In this document: positions 28,653 through 37,755 of the stretch, piece by piece
Layout: each line of letters begins with the position of its first letter
Position numbering within the stretch: the stretch's first letter is position 1
IMG/VR virus record: IMGVR_UViG_3300015360_000025
Source of the DNA: a virus
Length of the DNA stretch: 64,000 nucleotides
Reading direction: 5' to 3' (one strand)
Translations under genes and position numbers: made by a program
The notes under the pieces: generated by a model
The model's database searches: none
What the model was told of the DNA's origin: nothing
What the model saw: the letters and a program-made list of their open reading frames with translations, nothing else

Positions 28653-29758
28653 GGATCGGCTACTCCTACTGGGGATTTCTCGGTGACCGCAAGCTGGGTG
28701 CCGATGGGAAGGAGATCTCTGCTCCAGACGGGAACGCCACATACTCGTGGAGCTTGATCTGGGAGATGCAGAGGCGTGGTCACACGGTCCTGGCAATGCA
28801 AGAGGACCGTGACTACCAGGCATGGAAGATGTGGGGGACCTTGAACTTCGAAGCATTCTCCCAGATGAAGCGGACCGAGGCGTACACAAACCTCAAGCAT
28901 ACGTTCGGCTCATCGGAGATCCTACCTAAGTTGGACATCCTGCTCGTCGAGTGGAGGTTCCCGATCCCAGGTCGAAACTGCAGTGAGTCTGATGGGACGA
29001 CGTACTCGTACAACGAGAACGAGCATCAGCCAGATTATCATCGCCAGATGCAGATGCTCCTTCACTACAAGACGAAGGGGACTAAGATTATATTCTGGGA
29101 TCTCGACCACAAGCTCACAGAGCACGATGAACGTCACTGGAATCCGGACGCCATCTTCGAAACATCCGTAACCCCTCTGAAGCTCTTCAAGGAGCGGACC
29201 AGGGTAGAACCACCCTTCATCATCTCTGATCTCATGCAGCATCCCACACTCCCTCCAGACCACAGTCGTAAGTTGGTTTACATCGGTAGCCGATACGAGA
29301 GGGACGACGTTATTGATGAATGGATCAAACCTGCTTCACTGAGATACCCGGGAGAGATTGAGTTTCACGGGAAGTGGGATGACGAGGCGAAGGCACGTTG
29401 GCCGCAGGTTAAGATGGAGAAGCGTTGCGCAGTCGTCGATTTCCGCCAGATCTATGGGACGGCCGGGGCGTGCCCACTGCTGGCGAAGAGGAGTTACCTC
29501 GAATCGGGATTCATCACGCCACGTCCTTGGGAGGCGTTGCTCTTTGGAACAATCCCCATTGGTCTGAGTTCGATGAAGGGAATCGAACAGTACGTGACAT
29601 TCGTCGCTCAGGATTCGCTAGATATGATTGACCTAGCAGATACACTGATCGATAACGGTGTCGAGTACAGGGACGAAATGCGCCGAGCCAACGTAGAAAA
29701 GCTGGAGTTCATGGATGCTCGACACTTTGTGGACAAGGTTGAAAATGTCGCTGGTTGA
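28649..29758 (+). CDS. GT-B glycosyltransferase, T4 beta-glucosyltransferase-like (candidate DNA glycosyltransferase)
   Basis: KLVYIGSR, IEFHG, SYLESGFITPRPWEA, RDEM resemble BGT DVIYGGS/IEFFG/NFITLRVWET/RKEM (BGT recalled from memory). Confidence 0.7.
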   Translation: MRIGYSYWGFLGDRKLGADGKEISAPDGNATYSWSLIWEMQRRGHTVLAMQEDRDYQAWKMWGTLNFEAFSQMKRTEAYTNLKHTFGSSEILPKLDILLVEWRFPIPGRNCSESDGTTYSYNENEHQPDYHRQMQMLLHYKTKGTKIIFWDLDHKLTEHDERHWNPDAIFETSVTPLKLFKERTRVEPPFIISDLMQHPTLPPDHSRKLVYIGSRYERDDVIDEWIKPASLRYPGEIEFHGKWDDEAKARWPQVKMEKRCAVVDFRQIYGTAGACPLLAKRSYLESGFITPRPWEALLFGTIPIGLSSMKGIEQYVTFVAQDSLDMIDLADTLIDNGVEYRDEMRRANVEKLEFMDARHFVDKVENVAG

Positions 29759-30104
29759 CACTAAAAAGGAGTTGCACGTGGCCAAGAGAATCGTGAAGTT
29801 CGCAGTGACCGACGGACGGAAGCCTTCCAGGACAGAGGAGGTCGGTAAGCCATTCGCCTTGAAGATTCCGATCGCTCTCAAACTGGCGGCGGGGCAGTCA
29901 CGTCGGGTCAAGCTGGGATTGAGCTGCAACCTTCCCACCGTGATCGTGGGGAAGCAGGGAAGTCTCCTATTCAGCCCGGGCAAGGAGCTCGAGGTCGACA
30001 TCGTCGGTGAGGGACCTGGACAAGAAGTCCTGAACATTGGTGAAGGAGAGGTCATCGCCAAGGCGTTCCCGATCGACAGTTCCGGTCTAGACTTCGCGGA
30101 GTGA
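29745..30104 (+). CDS. Degenerate dUTPase-fold-like protein
   Basis: LAAGQSRRVKLGL...GEVIA beta-strand pattern, catalytic motifs absent. Confidence 0.35.
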   Translation: MSLVDTKKELHVAKRIVKFAVTDGRKPSRTEEVGKPFALKIPIALKLAAGQSRRVKLGLSCNLPTVIVGKQGSLLFSPGKELEVDIVGEGPGQEVLNIGEGEVIAKAFPIDSSGLDFAE

Positions 30105-30310
30105 TAATGTTTGAACTCGTGGCAGCAGCTACCGCTTTCGCAGGTCTGTTAATCTTCGTCAGGCTCGTCGGTTCCGCGAGGAAGCGTCGCCGAGAACAGA
30201 CGGACGATGAGGTAGACTTCGACGATTGGAAGAAAGGTTCTCCAAACGATCCGCTTCCACCCGGCGCCGTACCCGTCAAGCAAACAGGTATCAAAGATGA
30301 ATCGTCCTAG
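30101..30310 (+). CDS. Small membrane protein
   Basis: N-terminal TM helix. Confidence 0.55.
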   Translation: MIMFELVAAATAFAGLLIFVRLVGSARKRRREQTDDEVDFDDWKKGSPNDPLPPGAVPVKQTGIKDESS

Positions 30311-30740
30311 CTTCGACAATGTCTACATGAATCTCGCTCTCATGTTGGCGGCGAGGAGCACGTGTTCCCGCCTCCATGTGGGATGTGTCGTCGTATCAGG
30401 TGACAATCAACGTGTACTCGCGATCGGTTATAACGGATCGTACCGTGGTGGACCGAACGGTTGTGACTCGTCTGAACCTGGCAACTGCGGGTGTTTACAC
30501 GCCGAGGACAACTCTCTAATAAAGATGAACTACAATGATCCCGCAGAGAAGAAACTTTACACAACGATCATGCCCTGCGTCTATTGCGCTAAACGGATCG
30601 TAAATGCCGGAGTCGGAGAAGTTATCTATCTCTATGCGTACAGGAAAACGGAAGGTCTCCAAGTCCTCGCGTCGGCGGGCGTCAAAGTCCGGCAGCTCGC
30701 GCCGGGGGACATACTGTTCGTCGAAGACCGGAAAGACTGA
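30297..30740 (+). CDS. dCMP deaminase (ComEB-like)
   Basis: STCSRLHVGCV, GYNG, HAEDN, PCVYC. Confidence 0.92.
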   Translation: MNRPSFDNVYMNLALMLAARSTCSRLHVGCVVVSGDNQRVLAIGYNGSYRGGPNGCDSSEPGNCGCLHAEDNSLIKMNYNDPAEKKLYTTIMPCVYCAKRIVNAGVGEVIYLYAYRKTEGLQVLASAGVKVRQLAPGDILFVEDRKD

Positions 30741-31044
30741 GAAGTACGACTCTTCCTATGAACTCCGGAGGTTCATAGCTCTAGATGCTTCTCCACTCGT
30801 GGAGACGTGGACAAAACAACACGGGCTGAAGATCAGGTACACCATGCTCGGAAGACGTCACAGGTATCATCCAGACATTCTTGTGATTTACCACGACGGT
30901 CGGAAATTTGTGGAAGAGATCAAAGGTAAAGTATGGGATCGATTGGCATTTGGCCTGAAGAACCTGGCCGCCATCTCCCACTGCGCCATGTACGGGATGA
31001 AATACCGAGTGGTGTTCCGGGAACAACTCGAGTTGGTCGTATAG
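30634..31044 (+). CDS. TnsA-N / gp4-like endonuclease
   Basis: YDSSYE...WTKQHG...YHPDIL...EEIKG; overlaps the deaminase 3' end; start uncertain. Confidence 0.7.
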   Translation: MRTGKRKVSKSSRRRASKSGSSRRGTYCSSKTGKTEKYDSSYELRRFIALDASPLVETWTKQHGLKIRYTMLGRRHRYHPDILVIYHDGRKFVEEIKGKVWDRLAFGLKNLAAISHCAMYGMKYRVVFREQLELVV

Positions 31045-31063
31045 TTACATTTGGAGGCCGAAA

Positions 31064-31420
31064 ATGAAGAAGACGATCACCAAGCAGGATGGCTCTGTCG
31101 AAGTCGTAGAAGGCACGGCGGAAGAGATAGCGGATTACGAGCGTAAGCTCAAGGGTCAGCCAGTTCTCGAGGCTCCCAAGCCCGGTCCTGGACTCCTAAC
31201 CGACGACCTTCGCCGTCTCCTTCAGTACAGTCCGTTTGAATCAGGATACCGTATCGATCACGGACCGACCTGCCAGCTCACCGTCGCCCAGCAGGGATGG
31301 TGGTCCATCAACCCTCCGATGTGCACCTGCGGATTGATCGCCTACCCCATCCATGGTGGTACCATTCGCTACACGACTGGGACTAACATCCCTGTCGCAG
31401 GTTTACCAGATCGGTCGTGA
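31064..31420 (+). CDS. Hypothetical protein
   Basis: GGAGG RBS; 118 aa. Confidence 0.6.
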   Translation: MKKTITKQDGSVEVVEGTAEEIADYERKLKGQPVLEAPKPGPGLLTDDLRRLLQYSPFESGYRIDHGPTCQLTVAQQGWWSINPPMCTCGLIAYPIHGGTIRYTTGTNIPVAGLPDRS

Positions 31421-31590
31421 GACGCCCACCCATCCAAGTCCCTCCGGCGCATGTGATAGAGGAACTGGAGAAACACCGCCAACCGCTCTACGAACCAGTT
31501 CCTCTTCAGCTTCCACTTCCTTTACCTCCACCCTACGAACCTTCCGAACCGAAGAAGCATGGTGGCTCAGTCATCGTGATACAATTGTGA
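31417..31590 (+). CDS. Small Pro-rich hypothetical protein (absent from the ORF track)
   Basis: GTGA-coupled at both ends: MRRPPIQVPPAHVIEELEKHRQPLYEPVPLQLPLPLPPP...GSVIVIQL*. Confidence 0.55.
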   Translation: MRRPPIQVPPAHVIEELEKHRQPLYEPVPLQLPLPLPPPYEPSEPKKHGGSVIVIQL

Positions 31591-31877
31591 CAAGATCGAA
31601 CGACCAGGCCATCACGTTCCGGATGCACATGAATGACAAGGCGCTTCTCATGAAGCTCCTGTCGGACGAGAAGCTCACGTACCAGTCATTCGCGGACGCG
31701 TGTATGCAGGCTTACCTACGTGGTGACCCGTCCATCATCAAGGTGATCAAGGACTGGCGTACCCTGAACGAAATTCCCAAGGAGCTCCAGGATCGGTATA
31801 CGCTTTCCCACAGAGAGCGTGCGAAGATCCTGGATGACATCGCTGCAGAGGACGCATTGGATCCGAATGCGAAGTAG
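31587..31877 (+). CDS. Small putative DNA-binding (RHH-like) protein
   Basis: ITFRMHMNDKALLMKLL strand-helix-helix pattern; start moved to GTG 31587. Confidence 0.45.
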   Translation: MTRSNDQAITFRMHMNDKALLMKLLSDEKLTYQSFADACMQAYLRGDPSIIKVIKDWRTLNEIPKELQDRYTLSHRERAKILDDIAAEDALDPNAK

Positions 31878-32448
31878 TCTTCTCTTCCTTCTTCTCATAC
31901 TTTCATGTGCCCCCGGATTGGTGGGCTTCAAACACGACTCTTACGGCCGGCCCCAAGTCTTCAATGACTTCCCTGTCCTCTGGTCATTTGACTGCGAATT
32001 CCCTAAGAATATGAAAGAGGACGTCCGCGACGGATTCCGTTACTGGAACGATGAGACGGAGCGTCCGATATTCTTAGAGGCCGATGACTGCGGAGTCGTC
32101 GCGCTGATCAATTACAGCAAGCCAAGAGTATTCGTGACGTCTGTCATGGGTTTCAATCCCCGTAGTCCCAATCATATTGCGACCACTTCGACCGGAATCT
32201 TTGACAACGTTCCACGCACTGCAGTAGTGAGGTTCTACAAGCCGTGGCTTGAGCACGCTAGCCACGGAGGTAGAGCATCAGTGGCACGTCATGAGGTAGG
32301 ACACGTCCTAGGATTCGAACATGCCGAGTCCATGTTTTGTCTGATGTACCATCAGATGGACATGAGATATTATAGTGGGAAACCAATGACGGCGTGCCAA
32401 CCTGAGATCGACATGGCACGCCGTCACTACCCAAGGGAAGGTCAATAA
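31867..32448 (+). CDS. Matrixin-like (M10) metalloprotease, probable lipoprotein
   Basis: HEVGHVLGFEH + CLMY Met-turn; signal MRSSLLFLLLILSC. Confidence 0.8.
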   Translation: MRSSLLFLLLILSCAPGLVGFKHDSYGRPQVFNDFPVLWSFDCEFPKNMKEDVRDGFRYWNDETERPIFLEADDCGVVALINYSKPRVFVTSVMGFNPRSPNHIATTSTGIFDNVPRTAVVRFYKPWLEHASHGGRASVARHEVGHVLGFEHAESMFCLMYHQMDMRYYSGKPMTACQPEIDMARRHYPREGQ

Positions 32449-32726
32449 TGGGATCGTTCACACGACAGTTTAGTAGGAGTCAGCTTCGCCAGGAGTTTAA
32501 TGCTTTCACAAAGCAGTGGGCGAATGCCAAGATGTTTCAACAGCAGCGGACGACCGCCGGTGAAACCATCGATCACAAGGAGAAGCTGGGGCGGAAGCCA
32601 AGCTTTGGGATGTTCCTCAAGCGGATGAAGGCGATGGCTGCGATGGAGAAGATCCAGAAAGAGCTTAAGCTCGAAGAGAAGAAAGAGGAAGAGAAGAAGA
32701 TCGACCTCGAATGGAAGGACGAGTAA
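32448..32726 (+). CDS. Hypothetical protein
   Basis: 92-aa coupled ORF. Confidence 0.6.
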   Translation: MGSFTRQFSRSQLRQEFNAFTKQWANAKMFQQQRTTAGETIDHKEKLGRKPSFGMFLKRMKAMAAMEKIQKELKLEEKKEEEKKIDLEWKDE

Positions 32727-32878
32727 CTAACCAGGAGGCTTCCCAGAGTTGCCCATAGCACATCCGCGCTTCGCCGAAATCGTATCAGGTCAGACAGTCA
32801 TAAGAAAGCGAAGGAAGTCAAAGAAGGAAAAGCGTGCAATTCGGAAGCTCCTGAGAGCCCTCCAAGAGAAGGAACGTC

Positions 32879-33625
32879 ATGAAGATCTGCCACCTGAGCG
32901 ATTGGCACGGAAATACCCGGAGACTGCCTACTGCCGACTTGTACGTCGTCACGGGGGACATGCTACCGAACTTTCCACTACTCAAAATCCAGGTGGACAA
33001 GTGGCGCCGCGACGGGATAGTGACGTACGATCCGTACGGCCATCTTATCGGCAAACCACAACGGCAGCCAGTGGGAGTATACGCCGGTAGGCAGATCATC
33101 CCTGCCCGTGAAGAGACCTTCCAGAAGCAGTGGTGTGCCGGCAAGCCGTTCAGGCAGGAGACCGGTCTCTCCGAAGATTCTCACGTTCTGGTCGTCCGGG
33201 GCAACCATGACTTCATCGACCTGAGCGATTGGATCCAGGGAGACGTCTGGGAGATCAACCTCGATCCGACCCGGACGACATCCCTTCTTGGTATGAAGTT
33301 CTGTGGGTGCCGGGGGATCAATTACATCGTGGGCGAGTGGAGTGACGAACTCCGCAAGGAACAGTTCGACCTTGTGGCGCGCCAGATCCCTGAAGACCTT
33401 GACGTGCTTCTGACACACGCCCCTCCATTAGGGATCAGGGACCTCGGTTCCCGTCACTATGGCTCTCCAGCTCTCTTCAGCTACTTCAACCGCCGAGCCT
33501 ATGGCGGGGGTAAACAGTTGAAGGCCCACCTCTTTGGCCACGTCCATGAGATGCTTGGTCAGGAAAAGAGGGATGAGACAGTCTATTCGAACGCCGCCAC
33601 TGGCGTACAGATTGTAGAAATCTAG
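32879..33625 (+). CDS. Calcineurin-like metallophosphoesterase
   Basis: SDWHG, TGDM, RGNHD, THAPP, GHVHE. Confidence 0.9.
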   Translation: MKICHLSDWHGNTRRLPTADLYVVTGDMLPNFPLLKIQVDKWRRDGIVTYDPYGHLIGKPQRQPVGVYAGRQIIPAREETFQKQWCAGKPFRQETGLSEDSHVLVVRGNHDFIDLSDWIQGDVWEINLDPTRTTSLLGMKFCGCRGINYIVGEWSDELRKEQFDLVARQIPEDLDVLLTHAPPLGIRDLGSRHYGSPALFSYFNRRAYGGGKQLKAHLFGHVHEMLGQEKRDETVYSNAATGVQIVEI

Positions 33626-33659
33626 CGCAAGGGAGGCATGTTGAACCCGGGGTGACGCT

Positions 33660-33875
33660 ATGACCAATCGAAGATGCCCGAGTTGTGAAAGTGGAACGCT
33701 TCGTCAGGTCGCAATTCCAGGCCGCACACTGAAGCACCGCAATCTCTTCGAGGTTCCGGTGCCGGCCGATTTTGAAATTCCGACGTGCGACGGCTGTGGA
33801 GCCGAGATTGTCAGCTACCAGTTGGCTGAAAGCTCGAAGAAAAGTTGGAAGAGCAGTGGCAGCTCGAACTCGTAA
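33660..33875 (+). pseudogene. MqsA/YgiT-type zinc-ribbon protein, probably frameshifted
   Basis: CPSC...EIPTCDGCG; helical continuation KLEEKLEEQWQ lies in another frame. Confidence 0.5.
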
Positions 33876-33913
33876 TGTCAGCGATCGCTGACATTGCTTC
33901 ACAAGGAGAAACA

Positions 33914-34792
33914 ATGAATGAGATCCTGAACATGTACGGGGACGGTGTCGGTTACGTGAAGCTTGTTGATAGCATGGGAGATAGCTTCACTCCTGCCGAG
34001 GATGCACGTATGTCCACCGACAAGGGACGTCTCGGTCCAGAGAAAGATAACGCTCTTCAGGAACGTCTTCTCAAGGATGCCCACACCTCTCCATTCGAAG
34101 GGGTGGTCGTGAAGTTCGAGATCTGCGCACCTCTCTTCGTCATCAGGGAACTTGACCGGCACCGGACCGTCGAGAAGAACTCGGAGGAGGACCCGTTCGA
34201 AGTAGTGTCTCCTGAAGAGGGGATGAGGAAGTTCATGTGTCGGAACGAGATGTCTGGTCGCTACATTCAGATGCCAGACCTCTACTACTACCCGGCGGTG
34301 GTACGGGCGCAATCCAAGACCAACAAGCAGGGTGGGGGCAATGACTCGATCTCTCCAGAGGTCGCTGCGGAGTTCTACAAGAGGGGGATGGAGATCACCA
34401 GGTCCGCCCGGGAACACTACACCTGGGCCGTCGAACAGGGGATTGAGAAAGGGATGGCTCGTATCTACAACACGCAGAACCAATACACGAAGATCCGTTA
34501 CACCGGGAGCCTGAAGAACTGGTGCGACGTCCTTTATCTCCGACTCCCTTCAGTGGTCCTCTGGGAGTGTAGGGTGATCGCCCAACACATCAGGACTCTC
34601 CTGAAAGAGAAGTTCCACGATCCTATGTCATCCTGGGAGAAGTTGGTGTATAATACAGTCAGGATCGACAGGAGTGAGATGCACATGATCCTCACCGCGC
34701 TCGACCTCCTCGATGAGATCGATGGGAACCTTTCGAACGAAGACATCGAAATGAAGAGCGCACTACGGAAGAAGCTGGAGACGAACAAGTGA
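33914..34792 (+). CDS. thyX: Flavin-dependent thymidylate synthase
   Basis: HTSPFE, APLFVIRELDRHR...NEMSGRY, KGMAR, LRL...WE; AGGAG RBS before ATG 33914. Confidence 0.9.
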   Translation: MNEILNMYGDGVGYVKLVDSMGDSFTPAEDARMSTDKGRLGPEKDNALQERLLKDAHTSPFEGVVVKFEICAPLFVIRELDRHRTVEKNSEEDPFEVVSPEEGMRKFMCRNEMSGRYIQMPDLYYYPAVVRAQSKTNKQGGGNDSISPEVAAEFYKRGMEITRSAREHYTWAVEQGIEKGMARIYNTQNQYTKIRYTGSLKNWCDVLYLRLPSVVLWECRVIAQHIRTLLKEKFHDPMSSWEKLVYNTVRIDRSEMHMILTALDLLDEIDGNLSNEDIEMKSALRKKLETNK

Positions 34793-35025
34793 GCAAGCGG
34801 AAGATGAAGAAGACGCCGGTTTACATCAACGGCGAACCGTATACCTCTCTTACCCCGTTGATGAACAAGCTTGATGAGACGAAGCTACTCTTCCTCCCGT
34901 CTGAAGAAGACTTAGATGAGTTGAATCGTACTCCTTCCTCGCCCCTTGATTCATACTTCCTTGGGGTGGCTGACAAACACGGGATCGACATGATGGATTC
35001 CGAAGACTACGGAGATGATGAATGA
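34789..35025 (+). CDS. Hypothetical protein
   Basis: Coupled ORF. Confidence 0.5.
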   Translation: MSKRKMKKTPVYINGEPYTSLTPLMNKLDETKLLFLPSEEDLDELNRTPSSPLDSYFLGVADKHGIDMMDSEDYGDDE

Positions 35026-35426
35026 GTGAAGAGAATCAGTTGGAACCACTGTCACCTTTGGCGCAGACACTTCTTGAAGGAATCCTCAAGAAGGATGATA
35101 TATCATTGACGTCATTGACCGGTGATTCTGAGTTCGACGCGATGTTCAGAGACTGCATCTCTACGATGTCGACCAAAGGGAAAGAGTACACAGGTGGATC
35201 ACCTGACCGGCTCAATAACTTTCGGGTTGCCGGCGAAGATGTCGGATTGCCAATGGAGAAGGTGTGGTACGTCTTCTTCAACAAGCACCTGCGAGCCATC
35301 CAGTCGTACATCAAGAACGGCTGCAAGGTTCAGTCCAACGAGACGATTCATAGCCGTATCATGGATTGCATCGTCTACCTCTTTCTTTTCCACAAGATGG
35401 CGCTGGAGATCGAGCGTTCGAGGTAA
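35022..35426 (+). CDS. All-alpha NTP-PPase-like / nucleotide-modification-associated domain protein
   Basis: KGKEY...NNF...K..R...ETI...DCIVY pattern of DUF1599-like proteins. Confidence 0.5.
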   Translation: MSEENQLEPLSPLAQTLLEGILKKDDISLTSLTGDSEFDAMFRDCISTMSTKGKEYTGGSPDRLNNFRVAGEDVGLPMEKVWYVFFNKHLRAIQSYIKNGCKVQSNETIHSRIMDCIVYLFLFHKMALEIERSR

Positions 35427-35431
35427 CAGAA

Positions 35432-35950
35432 ATGAGCAAGCAGATCCGGCAGAACTACTGGGACACGTGCAGAGCCGAAGGTCAGCGAGTCATGGATCGA
35501 TTCGGCATCGCACCTCCTCGTTGCGGATTTGGAATCGGCCTAGGTTGGATCGCTTCCGTCGAACGGGCCTTCGAGAAAATGGTCGCTGCTGGATGGAACA
35601 AGGACCTGCACCAAGTCAAGCAGAAATTTTGCGGTCTCCGCATCTACATCGGATTCGGTGGACAGGACGATGTGGATAACTTCCTGAAGAAGATTGTCCG
35701 GAAGGCCGTGCACAAGCTTGCATGCCAACAGTTGTTTCACAAGAAAATCAGACATCTTCTGTTCGATCTGCGAGACTCCAATCTACTTCGTCAATGGCGT
35801 CCCAATCGCATCGCGAAGGCCGTAGCAGAAGCTGAAGAGGAGTGCTGGAACATCTGCGAAGTATGCGGGAAAGAACGAGAGAAGAAGGGACAACGATCAG
35901 GATGGGCCCTCTGCAATGCCTGTGATCAAGACAACGGGAAGACATTTTGA
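35432..35950 (+). CDS. Hypothetical protein with C-terminal CxxC...CxxC
   Basis: GWIASVE, QVKQKFCGLRIY, ICEVCG...CNAC. Confidence 0.65.
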   Translation: MSKQIRQNYWDTCRAEGQRVMDRFGIAPPRCGFGIGLGWIASVERAFEKMVAAGWNKDLHQVKQKFCGLRIYIGFGGQDDVDNFLKKIVRKAVHKLACQQLFHKKIRHLLFDLRDSNLLRQWRPNRIAKAVAEAEEECWNICEVCGKEREKKGQRSGWALCNACDQDNGKTF

Positions 35951-36513
35951 GACTTTTACTTGACCAAGACCAGGTGATCTGCAAGTGGGTCGAGCGGATC
36001 CTTGAGTGGTACAATGAGGACTACAAGACAAACTTCACCAGAGAAGATGTGAAGGACTACTGGGCGATGGAGACGATCTTAGGTGTCCAGGGGAAACCTT
36101 ACCTCCGCGCTTGCATGAGGTACCCCGAGCTATACAGAGACCTGGATGCCGTAGAGGGGGCCATCGACGGGGTGAAGTCCCTCATTGACCGGGGACACGA
36201 CGTGGTCATCGCTACCGCGATTCCGTCCTGCGCTGGTATCGGCTATCACGGAAAACTAGAGTGGATACGAAGGAATATGCCCTTCTTCAATGTGAAGAAC
36301 TTCGTCTCCATCCAGCGAAAGGACATCTTGAACGGCGACCTACTTCTGGACGACGGGCCGCACAACATCGCCGCCTGGAACAAGACCAACCGGACGTCAG
36401 TCGTCTTCGATTGTCCATGGAACCAGGACGTCAAGGCTACCCATCGGGTGAAGAATTGGGGCGAATTTATCTCTCTTGTTGACCGACTCTCAGTCGAAGG
36501 AAAAGATATTTAG
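35947..36513 (+). CDS. 5'(3')-deoxyribonucleotidase (HAD, NT5C)
   Basis: LDQDQV, GAIDGV, KLEWI, LLDDGPHN, PWNQ. Confidence 0.9.
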   Translation: MRLLLDQDQVICKWVERILEWYNEDYKTNFTREDVKDYWAMETILGVQGKPYLRACMRYPELYRDLDAVEGAIDGVKSLIDRGHDVVIATAIPSCAGIGYHGKLEWIRRNMPFFNVKNFVSIQRKDILNGDLLLDDGPHNIAAWNKTNRTSVVFDCPWNQDVKATHRVKNWGEFISLVDRLSVEGKDI

Positions 36514-36516
36514 AGG

Positions 36517-36846
36517 ATGCTCCCTCTTATTGATCCTGAGACGTTGGGCCGAGATATCTACGATTTTTGGATCCAACTTCTTCGGACAGATAAGGCGGTC
36601 GATCAGGACTCTGCCAGTTGGGCAGATCTCGATGAGACATTCAAAGAAGATTTCGTCAAGTCAGTCAGAGCGAACGTCACCGATATCTTGCAGCCGTATC
36701 TTGAACAACAGGAAGCGGCCAAGCGTCGAACCAGACCTACTGGGAATGCAGAATGCGCATGCTATACGTGCGATCGTTACAAGGTGAGCGTGCCCGGAGA
36801 CCTATGCGCGATTTGCGCCTCCATACATCTTCCGAGGAACGAATGA
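36517..36846 (+). CDS. Hypothetical protein
   Basis: 109-aa ORF, GAGG RBS. Confidence 0.55.
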   Translation: MLPLIDPETLGRDIYDFWIQLLRTDKAVDQDSASWADLDETFKEDFVKSVRANVTDILQPYLEQQEAAKRRTRPTGNAECACYTCDRYKVSVPGDLCAICASIHLPRNE

Positions 36847-37124
36847 GTAAGAAAGAGAAGAAGCCACAACCGAAGATGAAGACGTTCCTGACCCCAGGAT
36901 ACATAAAGGAGTTGGACAATGATCTCTACGGCGTCTTCAGAAACGTGGAAGTTGAAGAGAAGGATAAGAGGACTGGTCGATGGGTGAGGGAGAAGCTTCA
37001 AGAGCTCGGTCCTCTTGGCAAACCTCTTCGTGAAGCTCGAAAAGGCGAAGAGGCAATGGTGGTATTACGCAGTCATCACCCAATCACCAACCTTCCTCTC
37101 GAACTCGTAGAGGACGACCAGTGA
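36843..37124 (+). CDS. Hypothetical protein
   Basis: ATG 36843 coupled to upstream stop. Confidence 0.6.
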   Translation: MSKKEKKPQPKMKTFLTPGYIKELDNDLYGVFRNVEVEEKDKRTGRWVREKLQELGPLGKPLREARKGEEAMVVLRSHHPITNLPLELVEDDQ

Positions 37125-37444
37125 GATTTAGTATGCCGACAAAGAGGAACATCCTCACGGCAGGAGTACTTTACTCTCTGAACCTCTTCGATATGGTCGC
37201 CACGGCATATGCAGTTTCCAAAGGTTACGCCATGGAATTGAATCCTTTCATGAGGATGCTAATGGAAGAAGGGATGATATACTTCATCGTCTTCAAGGTG
37301 GCATTCGTATTGGCGCTGGCGTCATTTCTTCTCTTCATCCCTTTCTCCAGGCGACTTAACTCAATTCTGATATTCCTAACCGGAGCGTATGCAGCGATAG
37401 GGCTCATGCACATCCTCATCTTCTTAGGACAAAATGGACGATAA
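37121..37444 (+). CDS. DUF5658-like membrane protein
   Basis: LNLFDMVAT...ELNPFM...FKVA, three TM segments. Confidence 0.7.
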   Translation: MRFSMPTKRNILTAGVLYSLNLFDMVATAYAVSKGYAMELNPFMRMLMEEGMIYFIVFKVAFVLALASFLLFIPFSRRLNSILIFLTGAYAAIGLMHILIFLGQNGR

Positions 37445-37712
37445 TCCCAAGTGCAAGCACAATCGTTATACCTCGGTCTCAAAGATGAATGTGGTGAAGA
37501 TGTCAGAGCTTGATTCCTGGCAACTGATCATGAAGGTGACCGTCTTCTGCGCCAACTGCCACAAGCCGTTTACGTTCAGAGCTCACCATGGGTTCTCGAC
37601 CATGGAACCTACCATCAGCAACGACAGCAATGAGCTCCGCATCCCTATCGACTACCCGGGAGAGGAATTGGGCGAAGTGGATACGCCTCCTCCCGGTGGT
37701 GTAATGCACTGA
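37434..37712 (+). CDS. Hypothetical protein (CxH...CxxC)
   Basis: 92-aa ORF. Confidence 0.6.
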   Translation: MDDNPKCKHNRYTSVSKMNVVKMSELDSWQLIMKVTVFCANCHKPFTFRAHHGFSTMEPTISNDSNELRIPIDYPGEELGEVDTPPPGGVMH

Positions 37713-37755
37713 AGTTCTGTGATAAAATGAATGTACACGTACGAGGAAACAAACC

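Noticed and set aside
29745-30104. Active dUTPase
   Set aside because: The five dUTPase motifs are not recognisable; fold resemblance only
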